Source: Planctomycetota bacterium (GTDB lineage: Bacteria > Planctomycetota > UBA1135 > UBA2386). Taken from it: 64,000 nucleotides of DNA. Where the stretch lies: contig JBKAGP010000001.1 of assembly GCA_046290465.1 (NCBI GenBank), positions 5,920,001-5,984,000 of the forward strand, read 5' to 3'. The position numbers and the translations under genes were made by a program. This document shows positions 37,593 through 49,172 of the stretch, piece after piece. The notes beneath the pieces are model-generated. The model was not told the origin of the DNA. It did not search any database and worked only from the letters and a program-made list of their open reading frames with translations. Every line of letters starts with the position of its first letter. The first letter of the stretch is position 1.

Positions 37593-38456
37593 ATGAAGAC
37601 CCTGACGACCCTCGTCTGCGTGCCGCTGCTGGCGGCGTTCGCCTCGCTGCCCGCCCAGACCACCAAGAAGGCCGCCTCCGAGAAGGCCACCGCCAAGAAG
37701 GCGAAGCAGGAGAAGATCGTCGACAGCAAGATCACCAAGAACGATCCGGCTGTCCGCGAGATCGACAAGTTCATCAAGAAGCAGTCGGTCAGCAAGAAGA
37801 AGCGCGGCTGGCGCCAGACGCTGTCGGCGCCGCCCAAGCAGGAGTTCCAGGCCAACATGGACTACCTGTGGCACGTCGAGACGTCGGAGGGCCCGCTGAC
37901 GATCCGCTACCTGACGGACTCGGCGCCGATGCACTGCACCAGCGGCATCTACCTGGCGCGGCTCGGCTACTTCGACGGCCTCAACTTCCACCGCATCATC
38001 CCGGGCTTCATGGCCCAGGGCGGCTGCCCGACCGGCACCGGCACCGGCGGCCCCGGCTACCTGTTCGACGGCGAGTTCCCGAAGAACATGCGCAAGCACG
38101 ACAAGCCCGGCCTGCTCAGCATGGCCAACCGCGGCCGCGGCACCGACGGCTCGCAGTTCTTCCTGACGTTCGTGCCGACGCCGCACCTCGACGGCCGCCA
38201 CACCGTCTGGGGTGAGGTCGTCAAGGGCATGGACACCGTCAAGAAGCTCGAGAAGAAGGGCACGCGCCAGCGCAACGGCATGCTCGGCGCGGCCGGCCCG
38301 AAGATCGTGCGCACCTGGATGGAGGTCGTGCCGAAGAAGGCCGAGAAGAAGGACGGCGAGCACGGCAAGGACGGCCACGACGGCAAGGAGAAGGGCGAGC
38401 ACGGCGGCCATGGTGAGCATGGCGGCAACGGCGAGCACGGCGGCGGCGGCCGCTGA
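37593..38456 (+). CDS. Secreted cyclophilin-type peptidyl-prolyl isomerase with a His/Gly-rich tail
   Basis: [27 protein letters not shown] and [10 protein letters not shown] motifs. Confidence 0.93.
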   Translation: MKTLTTLVCVPLLAAFASLPAQTTKKAASEKATAKKAKQEKIVDSKITKNDPAVREIDKFIKKQSVSKKKRGWRQTLSAPPKQEFQANMDYLWHVETSEGPLTIRYLTDSAPMHCTSGIYLARLGYFDGLNFHRIIPGFMAQGGCPTGTGTGGPGYLFDGEFPKNMRKHDKPGLLSMANRGRGTDGSQFFLTFVPTPHLDGRHTVWGEVVKGMDTVKKLEKKGTRQRNGMLGAAGPKIVRTWMEVVPKKAEKKDGEHGKDGHDGKEKGEHGGHGEHGGNGEHGGGGR

Positions 38457-38483
38457 GCTGCGGCCGACCGGCACCCGACCTGA

Positions 38484-38533
38484 AACCAGACGATCCCGTG
38501 ACCGGCAGCCGCCGATCACGGGATCGTCTGGTT
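38484..38533. terminator. Long hairpin (18-bp perfect stem) between convergent genes
   Basis: AACCAGACGATCCCGTGA ... TCACGGGATCGTCTGGTT. Confidence 0.65.
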
Positions 38534-38570
38534 GATGGGGGACGGGCCGCGCCGCGCGCGCGAGCCCGTC

Positions 38571-38624
38571 CGCCTGCTCGTCGGCGCCTGCTCGACGGGC
38601 CTACTCGTCGGGCCTACTCGTCGG
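38571..38624. repeat. Four 13-14-bp tandem units overlapping the cytochrome stop codon
   Basis: CGCCTGCTCGTCGG, CGCCTGCTCGACGG, GCCTACTCGTCGG x2. Confidence 0.8.
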
Positions 38625-41220
38625 CCCAGCGCTGGGTGGCGCGCAGGCGCTCTTCGTTGCTGGCGTCCGGGTCGTAGCCGCGGCGTTCGCCGAACTTCGC
38701 CTCGAGCGCGTCGATCGCGGTGCGGCGGGCGCCGGCGTCGCCGCTCGCCAGCAGCGAGACCAGGTCGATGCGGGCCGCTTCGTCGCCGAGCATCAGCCGC
38801 GTGCGCGCCGACGCGGCGAGCATCGGATCGGGGCTCGGGATCGACTCGGGCAGCCCGCCGGCCTTGGCCGCCTGGCGCACGCGCGCCTCGAAGCGGCGCA
38901 GCGCCGGCAGGCAGTGTTCATCGCCGACCTGCTCGAGGGTCGCGGCCGCCCAGTGGGCGACCCCGAACACCGGGTCCCGCAGCACCGGCTGCACGAACGG
39001 CGCGCAGCGCGCGTCGCCGAGGCGCTGCATCGCCGCCAGGATCGACGCGCGCTTGGCAGCGAAGCCCGGCGGGAACTTGAGGCCGCGGATCAGCGCCGGC
39101 AGCGCGTCGGTGCCGTTGGCGAGGATTCGGTCGATGGTGTCCTGGTCGTTCTCGGCGGCCGGAATCAGGCCGGTGCCACCACCGAGGCGCTTGACCATGT
39201 GGAACGCCTCGCGGTCGACGTCCGGCTCCGGGTGCGGCCACGACTTCGGCGTGAAGTCGGCGCCGTTCTTGCTCCACCAGCCCTGCAGGCGGCCGAGCGC
39301 GGCGAGGCGGTCGGGGCGCGGGCCCATCGGCTCGTAGCCGCGGTGCTCGTGGGTGATCTTGTAGAAGCCCTCGAACGCCTTCTCGCGGATCAGGTCGTCG
39401 TCGTAGTCGAGCAGCGGCAGCAGGTCCGCGATGCCGGCGGCCGAGCCGAGGCGTCCGAGCACGACCGCGAGGTCGATCTTCATCTCGACGAACGTGTGGC
39501 GACGCCGCGCCGCGTCGATGGCCTCGATGCTGTCGGTGTCCCCGAGCTCGGCCAGCGTGATCGCCGCGGCGCGCACGACGTCCGGGTCGAACTCGCTCAG
39601 GTGCGAACGGATCCGCGACACCTCGTCGCGCGCCAGCAGGCGGCCGAGCAGGCGGATCGCGGTGACGCGGTCCATCGCGTTGTGGGCGTCGAGGTCGCGC
39701 TTGACCTCGTCGATCAGCGCCTGCTTGTCCGTGGGCAGCGGCAGCTCACCGAGCAGTTCGCGGCAGTGGCAGCGCACGTAGAGGTTCTCGTGCGTGATCG
39801 CCGCGCGCACCAGATCGGTCGCGGGGCGGCCGATGCGCAGCAGCGTCGTCATCGACTTGTCGTAGGTCTTGTTGTCCCACGAACCGAGCGCCTCGATCAG
39901 CGCCGGCACAGCCGGTCGGCCGATCTCGACCAGGCGGTCCATCGCCTTGCGGTTGGCCTCCGGCATCTGGAAGTTGTAGAGCGCGACCAGCTCGTCGATG
40001 TCCTTCTGGGTGTTGCCCTGCGGGATCTCGAACGTCACCGTGCCGCGCTGGAACTGCGACAGTTCGGGCAGGTCGCTCGGGCTCGCCTGCTCGGGCGTGA
40101 TGCCCTCGGGCGTCTGCACGTCGACGTAGGGGTCGGTCTCGACCGGCGCCTCGTTCGGCTCGAGGTCGGTGAACACCAGCGTGCGCCGCTCGAGGCGGTT
40201 GGCCAGCTCGGGGTGGTTGTCCTCGATCGGGAAGTAGAACTTGTAGTGCAGCTCGCAGATGACGGTGCCGTCTGCGACGCCGATCGGGACGCGGTGCTCA
40301 CGCTCCTCGCCGCTCGGGATCTGCGTGTTGGTCTGCAGCGTCATGCCGTAGGGCCGCTTGTAGGGGTCGCGGAAGACCTTGCGCGACCGCGCGATCTCCT
40401 TGCCGTCCGCGTCCTGCACGATCACCAGCGACTCGACCGAGCGCTGGCGCAGCTCGGTGGGGAAGTTGTGGCCGGCACCGCTGTTGGCGATGATCACGAC
40501 CGCCTCGTTGCCGTCGATCTCAGCCTCGTACTCGTAGGCCTTCTTGACGTGCGCGATGTCGCGCGCGCCCGGGAACGCGTGGCTGTAGACGCGGCGCACC
40601 GGGCCACCGACCGCGATCGGCCGCTCGACCCGTTCCATGTGGCAGCTGATGCAGGTGCGGCCGGCTAGCTTGCCCTCCGGCGACTTCTCCCACTGGTAGG
40701 GCGTGCCGTGGTTCTTGTGGCACGACGCGCAGGCCTCGACCGTGCCGACCTCCGGGTGGAACGCGGTCTTGCAGTCGGCGCCGCCGACGAAGCGCGAGTA
40801 GTCGGTATCCTGCTGCCAGTGGCAGGTCATGCAGGAGTTGCCGTCCTCGAGGCCGTAGTGGCGCCGCCGCGGGTTGTTGCCGACCCCGGTCTCGAAGATC
40901 GGGCGCGGCGTGTGGCAGCGAATGCAGTTGGCCGTGCGGAAGTTGCCGGTGGCCAGCCGCACCTCGTTGTCGCTGTACGCGCGGCCGTGCGTGTTCAGTT
41001 CGTGTTCGGCGTAGATCGCCGGGTGGCATTCTGCACAGAACGCGCTCTTCATGACGCGGTCGTAGTGCTCCTGGCTGCCGAGGCCGGTGTCAGCGGTCGG
41101 TGACAGGGCGTTACCTCCACGTAGCACTTCGGTGCCGTGTCCGCGGGTCTGCAGGCAGGAGGCCAGGGTGGTGAGCGCGATCGCGAGCACGATGCCCAGG
41201 GGGAGCAGGAGTCGTTTCAT
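38614..41220 (-). CDS. Pentaheme c-type cytochrome lipoprotein fused to HEAT-like repeats, 868 aa
   Basis: Lipobox LASC; CAECH, CIRCH, CMTCH, CASCH and CISCH; GHNFPT; C-terminal AVPALIEAL and VVRAAAITLAELGD HEAT-like repeats. Confidence 0.85.
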   Translation of the reverse strand: MKRLLLPLGIVLAIALTTLASCLQTRGHGTEVLRGGNALSPTADTGLGSQEHYDRVMKSAFCAECHPAIYAEHELNTHGRAYSDNEVRLATGNFRTANCIRCHTPRPIFETGVGNNPRRRHYGLEDGNSCMTCHWQQDTDYSRFVGGADCKTAFHPEVGTVEACASCHKNHGTPYQWEKSPEGKLAGRTCISCHMERVERPIAVGGPVRRVYSHAFPGARDIAHVKKAYEYEAEIDGNEAVVIIANSGAGHNFPTELRQRSVESLVIVQDADGKEIARSRKVFRDPYKRPYGMTLQTNTQIPSGEEREHRVPIGVADGTVICELHYKFYFPIEDNHPELANRLERRTLVFTDLEPNEAPVETDPYVDVQTPEGITPEQASPSDLPELSQFQRGTVTFEIPQGNTQKDIDELVALYNFQMPEANRKAMDRLVEIGRPAVPALIEALGSWDNKTYDKSMTTLLRIGRPATDLVRAAITHENLYVRCHCRELLGELPLPTDKQALIDEVKRDLDAHNAMDRVTAIRLLGRLLARDEVSRIRSHLSEFDPDVVRAAAITLAELGDTDSIEAIDAARRRHTFVEMKIDLAVVLGRLGSAAGIADLLPLLDYDDDLIREKAFEGFYKITHEHRGYEPMGPRPDRLAALGRLQGWWSKNGADFTPKSWPHPEPDVDREAFHMVKRLGGGTGLIPAAENDQDTIDRILANGTDALPALIRGLKFPPGFAAKRASILAAMQRLGDARCAPFVQPVLRDPVFGVAHWAAATLEQVGDEHCLPALRRFEARVRQAAKAGGLPESIPSPDPMLAASARTRLMLGDEAARIDLVSLLASGDAGARRTAIDALEAKFGERRGYDPDASNEERLRATQRWADE

Positions 41221-41295
41221 GGGTGGTCGTCGAGGGGACGTTGATTCGGGAGCAAGTCCCGGGCCAACGAGCCGGATCCAGGCAGTACAGGTCAG

Positions 41296-41490
41296 CTGAC
41301 CACTTGGTTGTTGGTGCCGCGCGCGCCGTGGATCGGTGTGGCGGAATGTGGGCCGGGAATCTGCGGAATGTGTGGCCAGATCGGCCGGATCGCGCCGCAG
41401 CGGCCCTCGCGGCGGCCCGTGCAGGGCCTCCGGCCGCCGCCGCGGCATGCTGCGCGTCGGCCGCGCCGGGACCAACAACCAAGTGATCAG
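41296..41490 (-). mobile_element. MITE-like element, copy 2 (inverted relative to copy 1)
   Basis: Same terminal inverted repeats and about 95% identity to 1666..1861; its end contains the purK TGA. Confidence 0.8.
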
Positions 41491-42593
41491 TTCGAAATGC
41501 GGGCCGCGAGGGCGTCGACCTCGGGGCGGTCCTGGCCGACGACCGTGGCGTGGCCGAGCTTGCGGTTCGGGCGCGCCGACTTGCCGTAGTCGTGCAGGTG
41601 CACGCCGGGCAGCGACAGGACGTGCCGGCGCTCGGGCATCTCGCCGATCAGGTTGATCATGGTGGCGTGGCCGCCCTGGCTCATCGCGGTGCTGCCGAGC
41701 GGCAGGCCGTGTACGGCGCGCAGGTGGTTCTCGAACTGCGAACAGTCGGAGCCCTCGATGGTCCAGTGGCCGGAGTTGTGCACGCGCGGCGCCATCTCGT
41801 TGGCGAGCAGCTTGCCGCCGACGTCGAACAGTTCGACGGCCAGCACGCCGACGTAGTCGAGTTCGCCGAGCAGCGTCGCGGCGAAGTCGTTGGCGTCGCT
41901 CTGCACGTCGTCGGTCAGGTTCGGCGCCGGCGCGCGGCTGCGACGCAGGATGCCGCCGGCGTGTTCGTTCTGCACCAGCGGGTAGCAGGCGACCTCGCCG
42001 GTGGTGCTGCGCACGGCGAGCACCGACAGTTCGCGGTCGAACGGCACCATGCCCTCGACGATCAGGCCGTGCTCGTAGCCCAAGGTCAGCTCGTCCCAGG
42101 CGGCGTCGATCGCGGCGGCGAGGCCGTCGCCCGGCTGCAGGCGGACCTGGCCGCGGCCGTCGTAGCCGAGTCGGCGCGTCTTGACGATGCACGGCGCGCC
42201 GACCGCCTGCACCGCGGCGTGCAGCTCTGCGCGCGTCGACGCCGGCCGGAAGTCGGCGACGCCGATGCCGAGCCGCTGGAAGAGCGTCTTCTCCTCGAGG
42301 CGGTCCTGGCCGACGGCGAGCGCTCTCGGGTGGGGGCGCACGTTGGCGTGTTCGGTCAGCCACTCGGTCGCGGCGACCGGCACGTTCTCGAACTCGAACG
42401 TGCAGACGTCGGCGCCGTCGGCGAGCCGCTTCAGCGCCGCCTCGTCGTCGTACGGTGCCGTGATCAGCTCCGCGACGTGGCCGGCGACGGAGCCGGCCGA
42501 CGGATCGAGCACGCGCGTGCGCAGTCCGAGCGGCGCGCCGGCGAGCGCGAGCATGCGGGCGAGCTGCCCGCCTCCGAGCACGGCGGTGATCAT
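41487..42593 (-). CDS. purK: N5-CAIR synthetase
   Basis: LGGGQLARM, TFEFENVP, GYDGRGQ, NEMAPRVHNSGH and RKLGH motifs. Confidence 0.96.
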   Translation of the reverse strand: MITAVLGGGQLARMLALAGAPLGLRTRVLDPSAGSVAGHVAELITAPYDDEAALKRLADGADVCTFEFENVPVAATEWLTEHANVRPHPRALAVGQDRLEEKTLFQRLGIGVADFRPASTRAELHAAVQAVGAPCIVKTRRLGYDGRGQVRLQPGDGLAAAIDAAWDELTLGYEHGLIVEGMVPFDRELSVLAVRSTTGEVACYPLVQNEHAGGILRRSRAPAPNLTDDVQSDANDFAATLLGELDYVGVLAVELFDVGGKLLANEMAPRVHNSGHWTIEGSDCSQFENHLRAVHGLPLGSTAMSQGGHATMINLIGEMPERRHVLSLPGVHLHDYGKSARPNRKLGHATVVGQDRPEVDALAARISN

Positions 42594-43102
42594 GCGGGCG
42601 GGTCGAGTCGGGGGTCCTGGTCGGCGAGCACCTTGCGGGTCATCGCCTCGCGACGCCGGCGCACGGCGTCGCGCAGTTGTGGGTGGGCCTCTCCGAGCAT
42701 CGACGCGGCCAGCAGCGCGGCGTTGATCGCGCCGGGCTTGCCGACGGCGAGCGTGCCGACCGGGATGCCGCCCGGCATCTGCACGATCGACAGCAGCGCG
42801 TCCATGCCCTGCATCACGGTGGCGTCCATCGGCACGCCGAGCACCGGCAGCACGGTCTTGCTGGCGGCCATGCCGGGCAGGTGCGCAGCGCCACCGGCGG
42901 CGGCGATCAGCACCTGCAGGCCGCGCTCCTCGGCGGTGCCGGCGTACTCCATCAGCCAGTCCGGCGTGCGGTGCGCGGACACGATGCGCACCTCGTGCGG
43001 CACGCCCAGCTCTTCGAGGGTGTTCGCACAGTGCTCCATGGTCGCCCAGTCGCTGCGCGAACCCATGATCACGCCGACCAGCGGCTTTGCGGGATCCGTC
43101 AT
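42590..43102 (-). CDS. purE: N5-CAIR mutase
   Basis: IMGSRSD, SAHRTP, AGGAAHLPGM and SIVQMPGGIPV motifs. Confidence 0.97.
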   Translation of the reverse strand: MTDPAKPLVGVIMGSRSDWATMEHCANTLEELGVPHEVRIVSAHRTPDWLMEYAGTAEERGLQVLIAAAGGAAHLPGMAASKTVLPVLGVPMDATVMQGMDALLSIVQMPGGIPVGTLAVGKPGAINAALLAASMLGEAHPQLRDAVRRRREAMTRKVLADQDPRLDPPA

Positions 43103-43112
43103 AGTCAGAACT

Positions 43113-43619
43113 TCAGAAGTCGGTCTGCAGCTCGAGCGCGATCTTGCGCGCCAGGTCCTCGGCCATCTCGGCGCGCGCCGAGGTCAGGTTCTCGCCGAGC
43201 GGCGCGCGGAACTCGGTGCGGTCGAGCAGCGTGCGGTCGATGTGCACGGTGCCGTCGCGGCCGATCAGGCGCAGCCGCACGGCGCCTTCGAGCACGCCCT
43301 CGCGAACGCGCGGGTAGCTGATGTCGCCAGGGTTGGCGGGATCCGGAATGCCGAGCACGGCGGTGCGTTCGCGCGCCTCGGTCAGCACGACCTCGAGGAT
43401 CGCGTCGGCCTCGGCGCGGCTGGCGTACTGCAGGCCGGTCGTGGACGGCAGTTCGCGCGCCAGGAACCGGCTGATCTCGACCTCCATACGCTGGCGGTAG
43501 CTCTCGTTGCCGACCACCTGGAACGCGATCGTCTCGATGCCGCGCCGTTCGAGCCCGGTGCCGAACACGTAGCCGCACGATCCGAGCACCAGCAGCGCGA
43601 GGCTCGCGAGCGACCTCAC
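43113..43619 (-). CDS. lptE: LPS assembly lipoprotein LptE-like
   Basis: Lipobox LGSC-GY; size, C-terminal LARKI helix and position after bamD. Confidence 0.7.
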   Translation of the reverse strand: MRSLASLALLVLGSCGYVFGTGLERRGIETIAFQVVGNESYRQRMEVEISRFLARELPSTTGLQYASRAEADAILEVVLTEARERTAVLGIPDPANPGDISYPRVREGVLEGAVRLRLIGRDGTVHIDRTLLDRTEFRAPLGENLTSARAEMAEDLARKIALELQTDF

Positions 43620-44584
43620 GGTCGGCCTCCGGTCGGCTGCGCGGCCGCGGCGGCGCCGGTCCTGGCGTCGGCCGCCTTGGCGGCCCGTTCGGCCTGCAGC
43701 CGGTCGCGCAGCGCGACCGCCTCCTGGTAGCCCGGTACGTCGACGAACTCGTCGCGCGTCGCCTGCAGCGCGTGGTGCAGCTGGCCGTCCTGGTTCTCGA
43801 GCGTGCGGTAGAACGTCGCGATGTCGAGGTGGCGGCGCACCTGCCACTCGAGGATCTGCTGCAGCGCGCGCTGCGCCTCGGCGAGCATCTGCGGGCTCTC
43901 GGGCTCGGTCCGCAGGAAGCTCCTCAGCTCGGTGACCGCGTGCTGCATGCGGTCGAGGTCGTAGTCGGGGCCGCGCAGGCTAGCGACGATGCTCATCGCG
44001 AAGCGGTAGTTGGCGTAGAAGCGCCAGTCGCTGTCGGGCCGCTCGAGGATGATCTCGCGGTAGCGCGCCTGCGCCATCTCGTAGTCGCCGTCGTCGAAGG
44101 CCATGTCGCCGAGGATGCGCAGCGCGTCGGCCAGCCGGCGCGTGTCCGGGTGCCGCGTGATCAGGTGTTCGAGCACGGCGCGGCCGGCGCGGCGATCCGA
44201 CCAGAAGAACAGGAAGCCGCCGTCGCTGTCGACCAGCGTCTTGCCGACCGACCACAGCAGCTCGACGGCCTGCGGCCGCAGTTCGCTGAGCGGGTGGTCG
44301 TCCGAGAACTTCTCGAGGATCAGGAACGACTGCCACGGCTTGCCGAGCCCGAACTGCGCCCGCGCCCGCGCCAGGTCGCGCCGGTCGCGCAGCCGCTTCG
44401 GGCAGCGCCCGCCGAGCACCGGATCGAGCGTCGCCAGCGCGTCCGCGTAGTTGCCGGCCTGCACCTGCGCCTCGCTGGCCGCCACCAGCTGCGGTGCCGA
44501 CGGCAGCGGTCCCTTGCTCGTCGCACAGGCGGCCGCCAGGGCCACCACGCAGAGACCGGCGCTCGCAAACCTTCGACGGATCAT
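43616..44584 (-). CDS. bamD: Outer-membrane assembly lipoprotein BamD-like (TPR)
   Basis: Lipobox AAAC; TPR helices; GPDYD...IATFY pattern. Confidence 0.75.
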   Translation of the reverse strand: MIRRRFASAGLCVVALAAACATSKGPLPSAPQLVAASEAQVQAGNYADALATLDPVLGGRCPKRLRDRRDLARARAQFGLGKPWQSFLILEKFSDDHPLSELRPQAVELLWSVGKTLVDSDGGFLFFWSDRRAGRAVLEHLITRHPDTRRLADALRILGDMAFDDGDYEMAQARYREIILERPDSDWRFYANYRFAMSIVASLRGPDYDLDRMQHAVTELRSFLRTEPESPQMLAEAQRALQQILEWQVRRHLDIATFYRTLENQDGQLHHALQATRDEFVDVPGYQEAVALRDRLQAERAAKAADARTGAAAAAQPTGGRP

Positions 44585-44694
44585 GTGGCGCCGATGTTCG
44601 GGCACCGGCGAGCTCGCGGCAACTGTTTGCCGCGGAAGCTCGGCGTCGGGGGCCGGTGGCGGTCGGCGGTGCGCGTGCCGGGCCGACGAAGCCG

Positions 44695-44775
44695 ACGTCC
44701 TGGCCGTCGCCGTTGCTGCCGTCGCCGTCCTGGCTGTCGCCGTCCTGGCCGTCGCTGCCGTCAGCGTTGCTGCCG
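44695..44775. repeat. Degenerate ~15-bp tandem repeats at and after the recO stop
   Basis: Repeated GTCCTGGCCGTCGCC-like units. Confidence 0.7.
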
Positions 44776-45560
44776 GGCGCGTTCCTGTGGGGCGCGCGCC
44801 GTCGGAAAGACCAGCGAACGGTACGGCGCGCGCTGCTCGAGCGCGGCGGCGAGCCAGCGCGCGGGCAGCGGCGCGGTCTGCGCGACCGCGTCGGCGGCCG
44901 CGAGCGTCGGCCAGTCCCGGCCGGGGGTGGCGCGCAGCGCCCGCAGCAGCGCGAGCGAACGGGCGCCGACCGGCTGGCGGGGCAGGCCGGCGTGGCGGCG
45001 GCAAGCGAGCCCCATCGTGTCGGCCTGGCGGTAGGCGGTGTCGCCGAGCGCTTCGCCGCACTCGGCGCAGTGGTCCAGGTCCGGCAGCGCTCCGAGCGCG
45101 GCCAGGTGGCGCAGTTCGAGGCCCAGCACGACCTGTGGGATCGCGGGCAGCGGGCAGCGCTCGAGCAGGTTGAGGCCGCCGAGCAGCAGGTCGAACAGGT
45201 CCGGGTCGGCGCGCCCCTCCTGGCTCGCGACGTCGACCAGCCACGCGATGTGGCCGGCGGCGAGGAAGCGGCGCGGCTGGCGCAGCGCGCGCCGTTCGCG
45301 GGTCAGCCGGGCGCGGGTCAGGATGCGCAGGCCGCCGCGGTCGGCCGAGAACGTCGCGTCGAGCTCGTTGAGGAAGTCGATGCGGCCGAGCAGCGGCGAG
45401 TCGGGGCGGTGCGCGCCCTTGGCAAGGCCGGTGACCTTGCCGTGCTCGCGGGTCAAGCAGGTGACGATGCGGCTCGACTCGCGGAAGTCGCGCCGACGCA
45501 GCACGATCGCCTGCGCGGTCGTCTGCCGGCTCGCGCGGGGCTTCGCGCGGCCGGTGCCGG

Positions 45561-45564
<4 letters not shown>
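44761..45564 (-). CDS. recO: DNA repair protein RecO
   Basis: AIVLRRRDFRESSRIV...GKVTGLAKGA; LGALPDLDHCAECG Zn finger. Confidence 0.92.
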
Positions 45565-46865
<1,301 letters not shown>

Positions 46866-47120
46866 GTCGACGTCGACGACGAACGAACCTTCGGCGCAGG
46901 CCGGCAGGCCGGCGAGCGCGAGCGCGGCGCGGGGTCGGGTGGGACCCCCGGGCGACGGCGGAGGGTCGGGGTCCTCGGCGGTTGCGTCGGCGGTTGGCGT
47001 CACGACGGGGCCGAGCTCGGGTCTTGCAGCACTAGGCACAGGTGCGGGAAGCATACGTACGGTCGGCGCGGAGTGGTGGCCCTTTCCTCGGCCGGAATGC
47101 CGCGACCGGAACGGGCCCGA

Positions 47121-49001
47121 TCACTTCGTTCCCGGCGGCCGCTCCAGCGGCTCCTCGTCGTCGGCCTCGACGTCCGCGGAGAAGCGGTTTCGGCCGTAAC
47201 CCTTGCTGGCGTAGAGGGCTCGGTCTGCACGCATGAGGATCGACTCGACCGAGTCGCCAAATCGGTGGCTGGTCAGACCGATCGAGATCGTCATCGGCAG
47301 GCCGAGTTCCTCGCCGCGTGCGTGCACGGCCGTGAACATGCGCGTGGCCAGCACCGTCGCCTCGTCGGGCGTCGTGTCGGGCAGCACCACCAGGAACTCC
47401 TCGCCGCCGTAGCGACAGACGGTGTCGGACTTGCGCACCGAGTGGCGCAGCACGTCGGCGGTCGCGCGCAGCGCCGCGTCGCCCTGCACGTGGCCGAGGG
47501 TGTCGTTGAGGCGCTTGAAGTGGTCGAGGTCGCACATCAGCACCGTCAACGGCGTGCGGTCGCGTTCGGTCCGGGCCATCGACTGCTCGAGCGCGTGGAT
47601 GCCCATGCGGCGGTTGAACAGGCGCGTCAACGGATCGGTCAGCGCGAACTTCTGGGCGCGCTGGCGGCGGCGGCGCAGCAGCAGGTTCTGGATCAGCAGC
47701 GAGCCGGTCATGCCGAGCATCGTCGCCAGCGTCATGTCGTTCGCCGGGTCGATCGGAGTCAGCGTCAGCGAACGGTCCAGCAGCAGGAACGCCGGTGTCT
47801 CAAAGTCCTGGTTGAGCGGGATCGCCAGCAGTTCGTCGGTCGACAGCGCCCGCAGCAGGCCGCCCTTGGCGTTGGGCTCGGCCGCGAGGTGCACCGGCGT
47901 CTGCGTCTCGAGCGCCTGCTGCAGCATCGTCGCCTCCTCGGGTGAGGCGTGCAGATGGGTCTGCTGCATCCGTCGCGCCGACGAGTCGGCCTTGGAGCGC
48001 AGCGTCACGGTCTGCTGCGAGGGGTTCCACTTGGCGTAGAACGCGCGGTCGTAGTAGCCGTAGCGCACCGACGCGGCGGTCAGCGCGGTGATGATGCCGC
48101 GGTAGCTCTCCGAGCGCGTGCAGCCGAGGATGCTGAGCACGACCTCGTCGAGCTGGCCGCCGGTGTCGGTCGGCCGCCACAGCGGGGTCGCGTCGTCCAC
48201 GCCGTCGTCGAAGGCGGCTTCGGCGTCGTCGCTGGCCAGCCCGAAGCGCGCCAGCGCCGCCTCGACCTTGTCCTGCAGTTGGCGGGCGACGTGCAGCTCC
48301 GACGGGTCGATCTGGCTGGTGATCGCGTCGAGGGCGTCGTCGCCGTGTCCCGGATGGCGGAAGCCGGCCAGCTCGGCGAGCAGCTCGGCGGCGCGGATCA
48401 GCGCCGCCGGATCGGGCGGATCCTCGGTCGAGGTGGCGCGGTCGCCCATGTCGATCGCCAGCATCAGTGACACGAACGGTGCCGGCAGCTGCCAGTGCAG
48501 GATCCAGTCGGTCGGCAGGACCTGGGTGGTGCGCGGCCCGTCGCGCGGATCCAGGCGCTGCAGCCAGGTCGGCAGGTCGTGCAGCAGGCCGACCAGGTAG
48601 GCGACCTCCGGCTCGAGCAGGCCGGTCCGGGCGGCGAGGTCCCTGGCGGCGAAGGCGGTGGCGATCGCGTGGCGCCAGAGCTGTTGCAGCGGCGCAGGGT
48701 CCGCTACGTCGGCGCCGCCGGCGCGGAACAGGCGCTTGCTCAGGGTGGGGCCGAGAGCGCGCACGACCTCGCGCACCGACGGCATGGTGTGGACCGTTCG
48801 AAACACGAAGGCGCTCGAGGCCCGCAGCGCCCGCACGGTCGCCAGCGGGTCGAGTTCGAGCAGCGCGACCAGCTCGTCCTCGCTCTTGGGCCGCTCGGTC
48901 CCGGCGCGCGCGAGCTGCCGCTGCAGGGTCGGCAACGCGAGCATCGAGGGCAGCTGGCGCAACGGGTTGTGTGCGCGAATGAACGGCGGAGTGGGCGTCA
49001 C
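47121..49001 (-). CDS. HDOD-domain diguanylate cyclase
   Basis: DPLATVRALR, LWRHAIATA and GLLHD (HDOD); DPLTRLFNRR, DLDHFK, RKSD I-site and RYGGEEF. Confidence 0.9.
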   Translation of the reverse strand: MTPTPPFIRAHNPLRQLPSMLALPTLQRQLARAGTERPKSEDELVALLELDPLATVRALRASSAFVFRTVHTMPSVREVVRALGPTLSKRLFRAGGADVADPAPLQQLWRHAIATAFAARDLAARTGLLEPEVAYLVGLLHDLPTWLQRLDPRDGPRTTQVLPTDWILHWQLPAPFVSLMLAIDMGDRATSTEDPPDPAALIRAAELLAELAGFRHPGHGDDALDAITSQIDPSELHVARQLQDKVEAALARFGLASDDAEAAFDDGVDDATPLWRPTDTGGQLDEVVLSILGCTRSESYRGIITALTAASVRYGYYDRAFYAKWNPSQQTVTLRSKADSSARRMQQTHLHASPEEATMLQQALETQTPVHLAAEPNAKGGLLRALSTDELLAIPLNQDFETPAFLLLDRSLTLTPIDPANDMTLATMLGMTGSLLIQNLLLRRRRQRAQKFALTDPLTRLFNRRMGIHALEQSMARTERDRTPLTVLMCDLDHFKRLNDTLGHVQGDAALRATADVLRHSVRKSDTVCRYGGEEFLVVLPDTTPDEATVLATRMFTAVHARGEELGLPMTISIGLTSHRFGDSVESILMRADRALYASKGYGRNRFSADVEADDEEPLERPPGTK

Positions 49002-49172
49002 GACGGGTCGTATTGGTTTGTTCGGCTCCGCACGACCGTTCGCTCAAGTGCCGTCGGGCCAGCACCGTCCGGAAATCGGAGATTCGTCGGGCAGCTGCGG
49101 CCAAGTCCCGGTTTGGCACATGCTTAAGTAGCCATCGATCGGGGGGTGTGACGTTTTTGCGACCCGGTGGCA

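Noticed and set aside
41221..42363. N-terminal extension of the 1249-aa ORF 38614..42363
   Set aside because: It overlaps purK off-frame and crosses the MITE; the signal peptide and lipobox place the real start at 41220.
44600..44775. Asp/Gly-rich alternative-frame peptide after recO (GSDGQDGDSQDGD...)
   Set aside because: No start codon; explained by the tandem repeat.
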